Notes: generated by a model from the sequence alone, not told the origin. A stretch of 64,000 bases of DNA from Candidatus Micrarchaeia archaeon (GCA_041665945.1 JBAYHU010000001.1:31863-95862), one strand, 5' to 3'; positions 9,158 to 19,451 are shown, numbered from the stretch's first letter. Translations and numbers: made by a program.

Positions 9158-9257
9158 GCTATTGTTGGGATTTCGTGTTTCATAACCTTTTAATAGTTAT
9201 AGTGAGAGTTATGGAACGAGCTTTTTCAGGTTTGCATAAGCCAGTGGGGGTGCTATT

Positions 9258-11747
9258 GTGAAGAATATCATGTGGTTCTCGGAAATCAGGAAAGGCAACC
9301 TCGCCGAAGTCGGCGGGAAGGGCGCGAATCTCGGCGAGATGTCCGCAGTCGGGCTTCCCGTGCCGCAGGGGTTCGTGGTGACCGCCGGCGCGTATTTCTA
9401 CTTCATAAAGCAGAACAAGATAGAGGCGGCGATAAAGGAGATGACCGAGGACCTGAACGAGGAGAAAAACGACCAACTCACCCGCGCATCCGAAGTCATC
9501 AAGGGCAGGATACTCGGCGGGGAAATACCGTCCGACCTGAGGAACGAAATACTCGCCGCATACAAGAATATGATAAAGGACGGGCGCGAGCCGTTCGTGG
9601 CTGTCCGCTCGTCGGCAACGGCTGAAGACCTGCCCGAGGCGAGTTTCGCCGGGCAGCAGTCCACGTTCCTGAACATCAGGGGCGCGGAGGACTGCGTGCA
9701 GGCGGTCAAGGAGTGCTGGGCGTCGCTTTTCGAGCCGCGCTCCATTTACTACAGGACAACGAACCACTTCGACCACATGAAAGTCGGGCTCGCAGCCGTG
9801 GTGCAGACCATGGTGCAGTCCGAAAAGGCGGGAGTCATGTTCACGATAGACCCCGTGAGCCAGGACAGGAACAAAATCGCAATCGAGGGCGCATACGGGC
9901 TCGGCGAAATCGTGGTGTCAGGCTCGGTTACGCCCGACCGCTACATCGTGGACAAGAATTCGCTCACTATTGACCTGAAGGACGTGGCGAAGCAGACGTG
10001 GATGATTACGAAGGTGGAAGACCACAACGAGAACGTCAACATAAAGGAAGAGATGCAGGAGAGGCAGAAAATCACGGACCAGCAGGTAATAGAGCTTGCG
10101 AAGCTCGGCAAGAGAATCGAGCAGCACTACGGCAGGCCGCAGGACATAGAATGGGCGGTTGCCGAGGGGAATCTTTACATTGTCCAGTCGCGCCCGATAA
10201 CCACGCTGCGCCCCGAAGTGATGAAGGGCTCGGTGGAGGCGCTCGCTGCGGGGAAGCAATCCGCAAGCCAGCCGGCGCAGCAGCAGGAGCAGCCGAAGAT
10301 GATTGCAGAGCAGAAGCCGGCGATGGCGCTTGGCGGAACGGTTGAAAAGAAAACAGGAGGGGAGAAGATGGCAGGAGGCGAAACAAAAGCGGACACAGTT
10401 CTCGTGCGCGGGCTTGCGTCTTCACCCGGGATAGGGAAGGGCAAGGTCTGCATACTTTCAAGCCCCAAGGAAATGGGCAAGGTGCAGAAGGGCGACGTGC
10501 TTGTCACCGAGATGACCACGCCTGACTTCGTGCCTGCCATGAAAAAGTCGTGCGCAATAGTCACCAACTCCGGCGGGATGACCTGCCACGCGGCAATCGT
10601 TTCCCGCGAGATGGGGATACCCTGCATTGTCGGCACGAAGAACGCCACGACCGTCCTCAAGGACGGGCAGTTCGTGACAGTGGATGCCACGCGCGGCATG
10701 GTTTACGACGGCGACATCGCTTCACTTGGCAAGACCGAGACGCACGCCGACTCGCTGCAGCCCGGCGCGGTCACAGCATCCCCGACTTCGTTATCCGTGC
10801 CAGTCACCGGAACGAAGATTTACGTCAACCTCGCGGAAGTGGACCTCGCGGAAAAGGTTTCCAAGCTTCCCTGCGACGGCGTGGGATTGCTTCGCGCGGA
10901 ATTCATGATTGGAGACATCGGCGAGCACCCGAAGAAAATGCTCAAGGAGAACCGCGGGCAGGAATTCATCGACAAGCTCGCGGAGAAGCTGCGCGTTTTC
11001 GCAACCGCGTTCTACCCCCGCCCGGTCGTCTACCGCGCGACTGACTTCAAGACGAACGAATACCGCAACCTGAAGGGCGGAGAGGAATTCGAGCCGCAGG
11101 AGGCGAACCCCATGATGGGCTACCGCGGATGCGCGAGGTACATCATGGAGCCCGAAGTCTTCGCGCTTGAACTGAAGGCGATAAAGAAGGTGCGCGAGGA
11201 ATACGGGATGAAGAACCTCTGGCTCATGCTCCCGTTCGTGAGGAGAATCGGCGAAATCCGCGCAATCAAGGAAATGCTCAAGGAACACGGAATACACCGC
11301 ACGCGCGACTTCAAGCTGTGGATAATGGTGGAAGTGCCCTCGACTGTCTTCCTGATTGACGACTTCTGCAAGGAAGGCATAGACGGCGTGTCAATCGGCA
11401 CCAACGACCTCACCCAGCTCATACTGGGCATAGACCGCGACAACTCGACGCTTGCCGAAGGGTTCGACGAGCGCAACCACGCGGTGCTTCGCGCGCTTGA
11501 AACTGTCATCAAGTCCTGCGCGGAGAACCACGTGACTTGCTCGCTTTGCGGGCAGGCTCCGTCCGTGTACCCCGACTTTGCCGAGAAGCTGGTGGAGTTC
11601 GGGATAACCTCCATGTCCGTAAATCCGGACGCGGTGGAGAGGACGAGGCGCGTGGTCGCGTCAGCCGAGATGAAGGTCCTCCTCAAGAGGCTCTCCCAGC
11701 TCACTGGCGAGGCGAAATCCGAGCAGAAAAGCTCGCTTGAGGACTGA
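9258..11747 (+). CDS. ppsA: Phosphoenolpyruvate synthase (pyruvate, water dikinase).
   Basis: Has the N-terminal ATP-grasp region, central phospho-His domain (GGMTCHAAIVSREMGIPCIVG) and C-terminal PEP-utilising TIM barrel. GTG at 9258 or ATG at 9270. Confidence 0.85.
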   Translation: MKNIMWFSEIRKGNLAEVGGKGANLGEMSAVGLPVPQGFVVTAGAYFYFIKQNKIEAAIKEMTEDLNEEKNDQLTRASEVIKGRILGGEIPSDLRNEILAAYKNMIKDGREPFVAVRSSATAEDLPEASFAGQQSTFLNIRGAEDCVQAVKECWASLFEPRSIYYRTTNHFDHMKVGLAAVVQTMVQSEKAGVMFTIDPVSQDRNKIAIEGAYGLGEIVVSGSVTPDRYIVDKNSLTIDLKDVAKQTWMITKVEDHNENVNIKEEMQERQKITDQQVIELAKLGKRIEQHYGRPQDIEWAVAEGNLYIVQSRPITTLRPEVMKGSVEALAAGKQSASQPAQQQEQPKMIAEQKPAMALGGTVEKKTGGEKMAGGETKADTVLVRGLASSPGIGKGKVCILSSPKEMGKVQKGDVLVTEMTTPDFVPAMKKSCAIVTNSGGMTCHAAIVSREMGIPCIVGTKNATTVLKDGQFVTVDATRGMVYDGDIASLGKTETHADSLQPGAVTASPTSLSVPVTGTKIYVNLAEVDLAEKVSKLPCDGVGLLRAEFMIGDIGEHPKKMLKENRGQEFIDKLAEKLRVFATAFYPRPVVYRATDFKTNEYRNLKGGEEFEPQEANPMMGYRGCARYIMEPEVFALELKAIKKVREEYGMKNLWLMLPFVRRIGEIRAIKEMLKEHGIHRTRDFKLWIMVEVPSTVFLIDDFCKEGIDGVSIGTNDLTQLILGIDRDNSTLAEGFDERNHAVLRALETVIKSCAENHVTCSLCGQAPSVYPDFAEKLVEFGITSMSVNPDAVERTRRVVASAEMKVLLKRLSQLTGEAKSEQKSSLED

Positions 11748-11751
11748 GCGC

Positions 11752-12351
11752 ATGCGCACCGCACTGTTGATATTGCTTTCGCTCATAGTTCCAGCTTTGC
11801 TGCTGGGCTGTGCAGGAGGCGTGCAGCCGCAGGGGAACGATACCAATAATACAACTGGAGGAGACATCATGAAAAACCAGACAAACGGCACGCTTGTTGT
11901 TGCGAAAGGCGACACCGTGCAGGTGGACTACATAGGGAAACTCGAGAACGGCACGGTATTCGACACGAGCATCGCAGCCGAGGCGAAAAAGGCGGGCTTG
12001 CCCCTTCGCGAGAAATACGACCTGCTTGAATTCCAGGTCGGCGCTGGGCAGATGATAAAGGGATTCGACTCCGGCGTCCTTGGCATGAAGGAGGGCGAGG
12101 AGAAAATCGTCACAATCCCGCCCGCAGAGGCATACGGAAACAGGGACGAAGCAGCAGTCATTTCAATCCCGGTTGACCGCATAGGCAACTCGGAAAACAT
12201 CAAGGTAGGAGTGGAGCTTCAGGCGCAGAACGGCGCTGTCGGCAAGGTCGTTGCAATTGAGAACGGCACGGCGAAAATCGACTTCAACCACGAGCTTGCG
12301 GGCAAGACGCTCACCTTCACCATAAGGATGGCGAAGATAATCAAGAGGTAA
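11752..12351 (+). CDS. FKBP-type peptidyl-prolyl cis-trans isomerase, secreted lipoprotein.
   Basis: Lipobox LLLGC after a hydrophobic leader. N-glycosylation sequons present. FKBP core (VDYIGKLENGTVFDTS...FQVGAGQMIKGFDSGVLGM). Confidence 0.7.
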   Translation: MRTALLILLSLIVPALLLGCAGGVQPQGNDTNNTTGGDIMKNQTNGTLVVAKGDTVQVDYIGKLENGTVFDTSIAAEAKKAGLPLREKYDLLEFQVGAGQMIKGFDSGVLGMKEGEEKIVTIPPAEAYGNRDEAAVISIPVDRIGNSENIKVGVELQAQNGAVGKVVAIENGTAKIDFNHELAGKTLTFTIRMAKIIKR

Positions 12352-12363
12352 GGGCTGGTTGCG

Positions 12364-13278
12364 GTGCGGATAATTCTCCAGTTTCCCGAGGGGCTGAAAA
12401 CAAAGGCGCTGGAGGAAGCCGCAAAGCGCGAGTCCGGGGGGCACGAAGTGTTCGTGGCGTGCGCCCCGTGCTACGGGGCGTGCGACTTATGCCTTGACGA
12501 AGCAAGGCACGTGAAGGCGGAAAAGCTTATTCACTACGGGCACGCCGAATTCATGGTAGTGAAAAGCGACATTGAGATTGAGTATCGCCCCTACTTTTTG
12601 GATGTGGACTGGAAGGTTGTCGGAAAAGTGCTTGCGAAAACCGGAAAGCTCCTGAAGGACGCAGGCGCGAAGAGTGTGGCGCTTACTTTCCCTGTGCAGC
12701 ACCTTGAGAACTCCAAGAGAGTGAAAAAAGAGCTTGAAGCCCTTGGTTTCACCGTTGTTTTGGGAATGGGCGGCAAGCACATCAGGCACGCCGGGCAGGT
12801 TTTGGGCTGCGATTCCGAGTCTGTTGCGAACGCAGGCAGCGTGGATGCCGTTGTCTATTTCGGAGGAGGAAAATTCCACCCCACAGGCATTCCGTCTGGA
12901 AAGCCGATTATCTGCGCTGACCCGCACCTCGGGGATGCGTATGACATAACAGGCGAGATACTCCGCGTGGAAAAAAAGAGGAAGGGCTCTCTTCTTGCGG
13001 CGTCGCAGGCAAAGAAGTTCGGGATACTTGTTTCCACGAAAAATGGGCAAATCAACATGACGGGCGCGCGGCTTGCCAAGAAGCTTCTCGAAAAGAAAGG
13101 CAGGAAGGCGATGCTTCTTGTTGCAAATGAATTGGCTCCGATTTCGCTTGCGAACTTCATGACATTCGACGCTTACATCAACACGGCATGCCCGCGCATA
13201 AACGACGATACCGAGGCATACGGCAAGCCGATTGTGAATGTGGCGGACATGAAGCGGCTGCTTGAATTGATGGTCTAG
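12364..13278 (+). CDS. dph2: Diphthamide biosynthesis protein Dph2 (2-(3-amino-3-carboxypropyl)histidine synthase).
   Basis: N-terminal QFPEGL and conserved Cys. An archaeal/eukaryotic marker. GTG start. Confidence 0.7.
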   Translation: MRIILQFPEGLKTKALEEAAKRESGGHEVFVACAPCYGACDLCLDEARHVKAEKLIHYGHAEFMVVKSDIEIEYRPYFLDVDWKVVGKVLAKTGKLLKDAGAKSVALTFPVQHLENSKRVKKELEALGFTVVLGMGGKHIRHAGQVLGCDSESVANAGSVDAVVYFGGGKFHPTGIPSGKPIICADPHLGDAYDITGEILRVEKKRKGSLLAASQAKKFGILVSTKNGQINMTGARLAKKLLEKKGRKAMLLVANELAPISLANFMTFDAYINTACPRINDDTEAYGKPIVNVADMKRLLELMV

Positions 13279-13299
13279 CCCCGCAAGGCAAACTGGGAA

Positions 13300-13815
13300 T
13301 CAGAGCCGTTTTCTCTTGAGCATGCGCCTTCTCGGAAGCAGCTTCCCGCCGTCGGGCGAGAGGATAATTGAGAGTTCGCCCGAGCGCTCGAGATACGCCT
13401 TTTTCACGTGCGAGATATCCTCCAAGCCGCGCTCGGCAAGCATTTCCTCCAAGTCCTCGGCTGAAACGTCCTCGTAGTCGAGGTTTTTTTCGTTTATTTT
13501 CCCGTTTTCAATGAGAAGCGTGCGCTTGCCCTCGATGATGAACGCTATCTGGGGGTTCTTTTCGGTCAATTTGCCAAGCAGAATCTGGAGAAGCACTATT
13601 GTGCCGACGGCAAGCATGGCTATTTCAATCGGCACGACGTCCTGCGGATAGACCAGAACGTCGCCTACAGCGGAACCGAGCGCGATTATGATTATCAGGT
13701 CAGCGGGAGATAGGCTCGCGATTCTCCTCTTGCCGGCTATGCGGAGCATCACTATCGTGAAAACATACATGGCGACTATGCGCATGAATTGGGGGAATAG
13801 GCGTTCAAGTTCCAT
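13300..13815 (-). CDS. DUF421 (YetF-like) membrane protein.
   Basis: Two N-terminal TMs plus a C-terminal soluble domain typical of DUF421. Confidence 0.5.
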   Translation of the reverse strand: MELERLFPQFMRIVAMYVFTIVMLRIAGKRRIASLSPADLIIIIALGSAVGDVLVYPQDVVPIEIAMLAVGTIVLLQILLGKLTEKNPQIAFIIEGKRTLLIENGKINEKNLDYEDVSAEDLEEMLAERGLEDISHVKKAYLERSGELSIILSPDGGKLLPRRRMLKRKRL

Positions 13816-13889
13816 GGCAAATGGATGGACTGCTATCTATTTATTGCTTCTTTTGCACTTGAAAGCCGGTGTGGAAAAGGGGTGCGTTT

Positions 13890-14909
13890 ATGTCGATAAT
13901 CATAGGTCTTACTGGCGAAAACTGCGCGGGCAAGGGGACTGTTGCGGATTACCTTGTGAAAAAGGGCTTCTACTACTACTCGCTTTCGGACGTGATAAGG
14001 GAGGAGCTTGCCAACGAGGGCAAGGAAATTTCCCGCGAGGCGCTTATTGCCAAGGGCAACGAGCTTCGCAGAAATTTCGGATCTGACGTGCTTGCGAAAA
14101 GGACGATTGGCAAGCTGCAGGACGACAGGAATTACGTCATTGATTCGATTCGGAATCCCGCCGAGGCAAAGGCGCTTCTTGCGACGGGAAAAATGACGCT
14201 CATTTACGTCACCGCAACGCCTGAAAGAAGGTTTGAGCGGATGAAAGCACGCAGGCGCGAGGGAGACCCCCGCTCAATTGACTCCTTCAAGCTGATTGAC
14301 AAGGTGGAGTTGACCTCCAAGGACGAATTCGGGCAGAATCTGTCCGAAGTGTTTGCTCTTGCCACGAAGAAAATCGTGAACGAGGCGGAATTCCGCGAGC
14401 TTTACGAAGTCGTGGACGCGACTTTGGGCGAGCTTTCCGCGGAATTCGTGTCCAAGCGCCCGAACTGGGACGAATACTTCATGAACATCGCGAAAGTTGT
14501 GGCGAGCAGGAGCAACTGCGTGAAAAGGCACGTTGCCGCAGTGATTGTAAAGGACAAGCGGATTATTTCCACAGGTTACAACGGCACTCCTCGCGGCATC
14601 AGGAATTGCGATGAAGGCGGCTGCCCGCGCTGCAATTCGTTTACCGATTCAGGCACCAAGCTGGACGAGTGCGTGTGCTCGCACGGAGAGGAAAACGCAA
14701 TCGTTCAGGCATCCTACCACGGAATTTCAATCAAGGACGCGACGATTTACACGACCTTCTCTCCCTGCCTGATGTGCACGAAGATGATAATCAACTCGGG
14801 CATGAAGGAAGTCGTCTACAACTCGGCATACCCGATGGGGGAAATGCCCCTCCGCCTTCTGAAGGAAGCGGGAATAATCGTCAGGCAAATAAAACTGGAA
14901 AAAGAATAG
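13890..14909 (+). CDS. Fusion of a P-loop nucleotide kinase (CoaE/dNMP-kinase-like) to a dCMP/cytidine deaminase domain.
   Basis: N-terminus IIGLTGENCAGKGT (Walker A). C-terminus has the deaminase zinc motifs CSHGEENAI and SPCLMC. Confidence 0.6.
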   Translation: MSIIIGLTGENCAGKGTVADYLVKKGFYYYSLSDVIREELANEGKEISREALIAKGNELRRNFGSDVLAKRTIGKLQDDRNYVIDSIRNPAEAKALLATGKMTLIYVTATPERRFERMKARRREGDPRSIDSFKLIDKVELTSKDEFGQNLSEVFALATKKIVNEAEFRELYEVVDATLGELSAEFVSKRPNWDEYFMNIAKVVASRSNCVKRHVAAVIVKDKRIISTGYNGTPRGIRNCDEGGCPRCNSFTDSGTKLDECVCSHGEENAIVQASYHGISIKDATIYTTFSPCLMCTKMIINSGMKEVVYNSAYPMGEMPLRLLKEAGIIVRQIKLEKE

Positions 14910-14940
14910 AAAGAGATTACTATGACCACACTAGAATTAC

Positions 14941-15645
14941 TTAAGTAGAAGTTTGTGGTAATTTTATTCTATTATGAATCTCAAACAGTAATAACCACAA
15001 AGTGTCCCAAGCAATAGTAAAAAGGAAGAATTTTACTAAGAGACTCCACCATTCTGGTTTTGCGATTGTGGCAACTAGGGACATAGCTACACCGGTTGGT
15101 CTGCCTGAAGAAGCCTGCCAGATCAGATCTTTTTTTGAGGCAAACGCAGTAATGTTGTAGGTGGTTTTGTCGTCTTTTCTGATAGGAGTACAGACTTTTT
15201 CTTTGTAACTCACATTGAGAATTTTTTTCTCTCCACTTATACTTAGATTGACAATTTGATAATTAACAACGGGTGAAGCGTAATTCTCAAAGCAGAGATA
15301 GTACCAGTCGAACTCGAACGGCGTATTAAATATTTGTCTGATGACTTCTTCCAATGAAGGAGGGGGACTTGTTAAAACAAGATAAGTTCCGCTTTGTAAT
15401 TCTGCTTGAGTAGCCCAGACATATCCATCCCCAGACACGTCCATATTCGAATTAGCAGTTAAAGTGAACCGCGAATCTCCCTCAAACTTTCTAGGAACTT
15501 CGTATGTTGACGGGAACAACCAAAAAGCGATAATAAGGGGAATTATTACAAACAAAAAAATCATGCGCCATGAATATCTTTTTTGAAAATTTGTAATCTG
15601 TTGCTTGAGGGCATTTAGCATTTCTGCTATGGCATTCCAATTCAT
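14941..15645 (-). CDS. Hypothetical membrane protein in a markedly AT-rich islet.
   Basis: ORF has an N-terminal TM and C-terminal TMs. Its composition is clearly lower-GC than the flanks. Confidence 0.4.
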   Translation of the reverse strand: MNWNAIAEMLNALKQQITNFQKRYSWRMIFLFVIIPLIIAFWLFPSTYEVPRKFEGDSRFTLTANSNMDVSGDGYVWATQAELQSGTYLVLTSPPPSLEEVIRQIFNTPFEFDWYYLCFENYASPVVNYQIVNLSISGEKKILNVSYKEKVCTPIRKDDKTTYNITAFASKKDLIWQASSGRPTGVAMSLVATIAKPEWWSLLVKFFLFTIAWDTLWLLLFEIHNRIKLPQTST

Positions 15646-15755
15646 TGCATCAATTTAACTTACACCTGCACAGTTTTTAGTCTTTCGCAATCTTGTCGCC
15701 CAGTCTTTCGCCCTTTCGATTTTGCAGCCGTAAAATGAAAAAAATAAGAAAAGAG

Positions 15756-15977
15756 CTAAGTAGCCGCCATCATGCTTGACATGGCGATGCCTTCCTGCAA
15801 AACCATGCGCCCGCAATCGGGCTGCCCGATTGCCCCGATTTCATGGGGCAGGAAAGGGACAAGGGGCTGCTTGAAATCCGCAAGCTGCGCGAGGTAGCCC
15901 TGAATCTCGAAGAGCCACATCTCAAGCTCCAGAAGGATTCCCTCGATTTCCATCGGTTCTACTTCCATTTTTCCCAC
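15756..15977 (-). CDS. Small hypothetical protein.
   Basis: ORF only; no recognisable motif. Confidence 0.2.
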   Translation of the reverse strand: MGKMEVEPMEIEGILLELEMWLFEIQGYLAQLADFKQPLVPFLPHEIGAIGQPDCGRMVLQEGIAMSSMMAAT

Positions 15978-16103
15978 CCTCCCACACGAGTCTTTTATCG
16001 CGGGAGAGGTATTTAATCATATTTCCAAAAATATGGTTTATTTGCTCAATTTTAGGGTAGTTTTATAGATATTGTGGAATAAACACTCCATATTGGTGGT
16101 TCC

Positions 16104-16547
16104 ATGGCGGGAAAGCTCGACGAAAAGGACTTTGCGATAATAGACGAATTGAAGAAGGATTCCAAGCTGTCCGAGCAGAAGATTGCGAAGAGGACGGGAA
16201 TCCCCATGACCACGGTGCACAACCGAATCGTGAATTTGCGGAAAGAGGGCGTCATCGAGGGGTTCACAATCCGCCTGAATTACGCGAAGATTGGCAAGCC
16301 GATAACCGCGTTCGCGCTCCTCAAGGCGACAAACCAGGCGGACCAGAAAAAACTGCTGGAGCAGATATCGAAAATACCGGACGTTTACGAAGCTGCGATG
16401 GTCACCGGCGAATTCGACATCATATTCAAGGCAAGGGCGGGAAGCATGGACGAATTGAAGAATATCATCGTGGGCAACCTGAGGAAGCAGAAAAACGTCG
16501 GCGAAACTGAGACGATGGTGTGCTACGAGCTGGTTGAGAAACCCTGA
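16104..16547 (+). CDS. Lrp/AsnC-family transcriptional regulator.
   Basis: N-terminal HTH (LSEQKIAKRTGIPMTTVHNRI) plus a C-terminal RAM domain. Confidence 0.8.
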   Translation: MAGKLDEKDFAIIDELKKDSKLSEQKIAKRTGIPMTTVHNRIVNLRKEGVIEGFTIRLNYAKIGKPITAFALLKATNQADQKKLLEQISKIPDVYEAAMVTGEFDIIFKARAGSMDELKNIIVGNLRKQKNVGETETMVCYELVEKP

Positions 16548-16552
16548 GCTAT

Positions 16553-17020
16553 TCAGCCCTTTGCCAGCTTCTTTGCCCAAGCTTGCGCCTTTTCCATTTC
16601 ACCCTCAACAAGCGGTCCTTCTTTTCCCTTTACAAGAAAGCCTATTGCCTCGGCGCCTGCCACCGGCTTTCCGCCAAGAGCCTGAAGCTTGGAAAGGGCG
16701 CGGGGAGCGGCGTGCCCGAAGATGCCGACTGCGAGGCGCGTGAAGAAGCTCGGGCTGTCTTTTGTTATCCATGTGTCAAATGAAGCCACGCGGATTCCTG
16801 AAAGCGAGCCCTTGGGAAGGCTTTCGGAGAATTTCTGCATCGCAGGCGAGGGCATGCCGCCGTGCGTGGGCGTGCCGGTTATGAGAAGGTCGAGCCCCTT
16901 GATTGACGAGGAAGAGGCGAAACTGACGTGTATGGAGTCGCAGGCGAGTTCCTTGCCGATGGCTTTTGCAATCTTTTCGGTATTTCCGTAAACCGAGTCG
17001 TAAATGATCAGTGCTTTCAT
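16553..17020 (-). CDS. Flavodoxin.
   Basis: MKALIIYDSVYGNTEKIA FMN-binding N-terminus. Confidence 0.7.
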   Translation of the reverse strand: MKALIIYDSVYGNTEKIAKAIGKELACDSIHVSFASSSSIKGLDLLITGTPTHGGMPSPAMQKFSESLPKGSLSGIRVASFDTWITKDSPSFFTRLAVGIFGHAAPRALSKLQALGGKPVAGAEAIGFLVKGKEGPLVEGEMEKAQAWAKKLAKG

Positions 17021-17041
17021 GCCGACACCTGACAGGACGGA

Positions 17042-17719
17042 TTATTTTACGAGCGTGCCGCCGTGCGGCTTGCCGTCAATCGCCTTTCTCACATCAAGAA
17101 GGTTCCTGCCGTGGACAAAATGCGCCTCGATTTTGCTCCTTGCGATGAGCTTGCAGGCGAGGAAGTCGAATACGAAGTGCGTGCCAGCTTTTCGCAGGTC
17201 GTTTTTGCCCGCGAGGTCTATCAGTTGCGCGTAGCTCATCTTGTGGAATTTCTTCGCGTTGTGGTTGCGCACCGGGTTGTCCGAGTAAATGCCGTCGATG
17301 TTTGAAAGATTGAGGAGGCGCTTGCTGCCGAGGCACTCGGCAAGAAGCACGGCGTCGCTGTCGGTCGTTATGCCCGGGATTGTGCCGCCCATGACCACGA
17401 ATCGGTGCTTTTTCGACTGCTCGCGGGCGGAAACGAAGTCCTGGCACACCACGCGGTTGCAGTCCTTCTTGATTATGTCTATCACGAACTGGGCGTTTTT
17501 CTTGGTGGCGTCGATTGCCGCCTCGTCAGCCTCGAATTCAGACGCGCCTTTCTTGCGCGCGGCTTCGGCCCATTTCCTCGCGAGCTTGCCCCCGCCCACG
17601 ACTATCCCGAAATTGTATTTCGTGGAGCGCAGCATCTTCACGAGCGAAACGACGTATTGCGAGTCGGGCGTGCCCGGGTTCACGAGTGAGCCGCCCAAGG
17701 AGAGTACAACGGTTTGCAT
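17042..17719 (-). CDS. pyrH: UMP kinase (archaeal type).
   Basis: Contains SLGGS, VVGGG and GITTDSDA carbamate/amino-acid kinase motifs. Confidence 0.8.
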   Translation of the reverse strand: MQTVVLSLGGSLVNPGTPDSQYVVSLVKMLRSTKYNFGIVVGGGKLARKWAEAARKKGASEFEADEAAIDATKKNAQFVIDIIKKDCNRVVCQDFVSAREQSKKHRFVVMGGTIPGITTDSDAVLLAECLGSKRLLNLSNIDGIYSDNPVRNHNAKKFHKMSYAQLIDLAGKNDLRKAGTHFVFDFLACKLIARSKIEAHFVHGRNLLDVRKAIDGKPHGGTLVK

Positions 17720-17847
17720 GATGATGCTTTGCTATGCATGTTTTTATCCGTATTGGAACGCTCCGGCGTTCCAATATCTAAAAAATCACTACGGTGATTT
17801 TTTAAATGCTGTTTTGGGAGAATAAAACGTACCGTGGAGATGGTGAA

Positions 17848-18420
17848 ATGGCAAAAGGCAGGTTTTCAGCCAAAATAGGCGCGATTGTGTCGGTCCTTGA
17901 GAAGAGGGAGAAGGAGCAGGACGCGATATTGGGCTCGGTGAGGGAAATCATCCGCCACTGCGCGAACGGGATAAAGCTCATACATGCGGGAGACATAAAG
18001 GCGGCGAAGAAGGACATTGCGCAAGCGGAGAAGAAAATCGCTCCCTTTGCGAAAACAAAGCAGTTCGAATACCTTCTTTCGCAGCCATGGCAGGAGATAG
18101 CCGAGGCGCGATTGCTTCTCGCCGCTGTCGAGGGCAAGGAGCTTCCCAGCTGGGAGGAGCTTGGCATGCCATTCGAGCCATATCTTCTCGGCATCTGCGA
18201 CCTGTCGGGCGAGCTTCGCCGCGAAATGCTTGAAATGCTAAAGAAGGGCAAGAAGAAGGAGGCCGAGCGCTATTTCGAATTGATGAACGAGACTTACAAC
18301 GAGATGCTGCCAATCCGCTTCTCCAACTCGCTTTTGCCCAATTTCAGGAAAAAGCAGGACGTGGCGCGCTCGCAGACCGAGCAGGCGAGGTCCGAGCTTG
18401 TGCGGGCAAAGATGGGTTAG
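17848..18420 (+). CDS. Translin-family protein.
   Basis: ICDLSGELRREM matches the translin signature. Length about 190 aa. Confidence 0.45.
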   Translation: MAKGRFSAKIGAIVSVLEKREKEQDAILGSVREIIRHCANGIKLIHAGDIKAAKKDIAQAEKKIAPFAKTKQFEYLLSQPWQEIAEARLLLAAVEGKELPSWEELGMPFEPYLLGICDLSGELRREMLEMLKKGKKKEAERYFELMNETYNEMLPIRFSNSLLPNFRKKQDVARSQTEQARSELVRAKMG

Positions 18421-18430
18421 GGGTGGGATT

Positions 18431-18946
18431 GTGGAATTCTTCAAAACAGTGGAGACGCGCGTTTCAGTCAGGGGATACCTCCAAAGGCCCGTGAAGGAAG
18501 CCGACTTGCAAAAAATACTCCACTGCGCCTGCCTTGCCCCGAGCGCGGGGAACATACAATCGTACCGAGTTGTCATCGTGCGCAAGAAAAGCGACAGGGA
18601 GGCTCTCGCAAAAGCCTGCCACAGCCAGATGTTCATGGTGGATGCGCCTGTTTCAATCGCCTACCTTGCAGACAAGAGGCGCGACAGGGCGAAATACGGC
18701 GAGCGCGGCTCGGAATTGTTCTCCATACAAGATGCCACCATAGCCGCCGCCTTTTCGCAGCTCGCGGCGGCAGCCCTTGGGCTGGGAACGGTCTGGATTG
18801 GGGGATTTGACGAAAAAGCCGTCGCGAAAGTGCTCAAGGCGAAAAAGCACGAAAAGCCGGTTGTCATACTTCCGCTCGGCTATGCGGCGGAGAAGATGGA
18901 GGGGCATGAAAGAAGGAAGCTTTGCGACCTTGCCACCGAGCTTTGA
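18431..18946 (+). CDS. Nitroreductase-family protein.
   Basis: R-x-S-x-R-type N-terminus (TRVSVRGY), FMN-binding core and a glycine-rich C-terminus. GTG start assumed. Confidence 0.6.
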   Translation: MEFFKTVETRVSVRGYLQRPVKEADLQKILHCACLAPSAGNIQSYRVVIVRKKSDREALAKACHSQMFMVDAPVSIAYLADKRRDRAKYGERGSELFSIQDATIAAAFSQLAAAALGLGTVWIGGFDEKAVAKVLKAKKHEKPVVILPLGYAAEKMEGHERRKLCDLATEL

Positions 18947-18947
18947 A

Positions 18948-19451
18948 TCAAATTATGCTCACTTTTGTCACGCCCGGAATTTTCGAGAACTGCGATATCA
19001 GCGCGCCGGGAATGGGGCGCTCGGTGATTATCACCAGAGTCGGCACCTCGAAAAGCTCGGGATCCTTTGCGTAAATCTGGCGGATGCTTATCCTTTTTTC
19101 CGCAAGAAGCGCGGTCGCTGCCGAGATTATCGAGGGCTTTTTCGCGTCGGCTTCAAGCTCGACTGCGCCGAAGCCGAGGTCTTTTGCAATCCCTTTGAGA
19201 AGCGAGCCTGCGGGCTGGATGCCGGAAAAAAGCTTGTGCAGGTTCCTGTCCGAGAGTATCGAGGAAACCGTGGAAACGACAATCCGCCTGTCCACTCCCG
19301 CGGCTTTGGCAAGGCTTACCTCTTTTACTTCAACTTCGCCGCAGAGTATCCTGCCATCGTCATCGATGCGAAGCCCGAGTTCAATCATCTTCCGTGCGAC
19401 CGAGCGCTGCGCAGGAAGGCTTGCGAATATTTCGGATATGCGTCCCCACAT
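18948..19451 (-). CDS. ACT-domain regulatory protein with an N-terminal HTH.
   Basis: HTH-like N-terminus plus an ACT-like C-terminus. Divergent from trpB2. Confidence 0.45.
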   Translation of the reverse strand: MWGRISEIFASLPAQRSVARKMIELGLRIDDDGRILCGEVEVKEVSLAKAAGVDRRIVVSTVSSILSDRNLHKLFSGIQPAGSLLKGIAKDLGFGAVELEADAKKPSIISAATALLAEKRISIRQIYAKDPELFEVPTLVIITERPIPGALISQFSKIPGVTKVSII

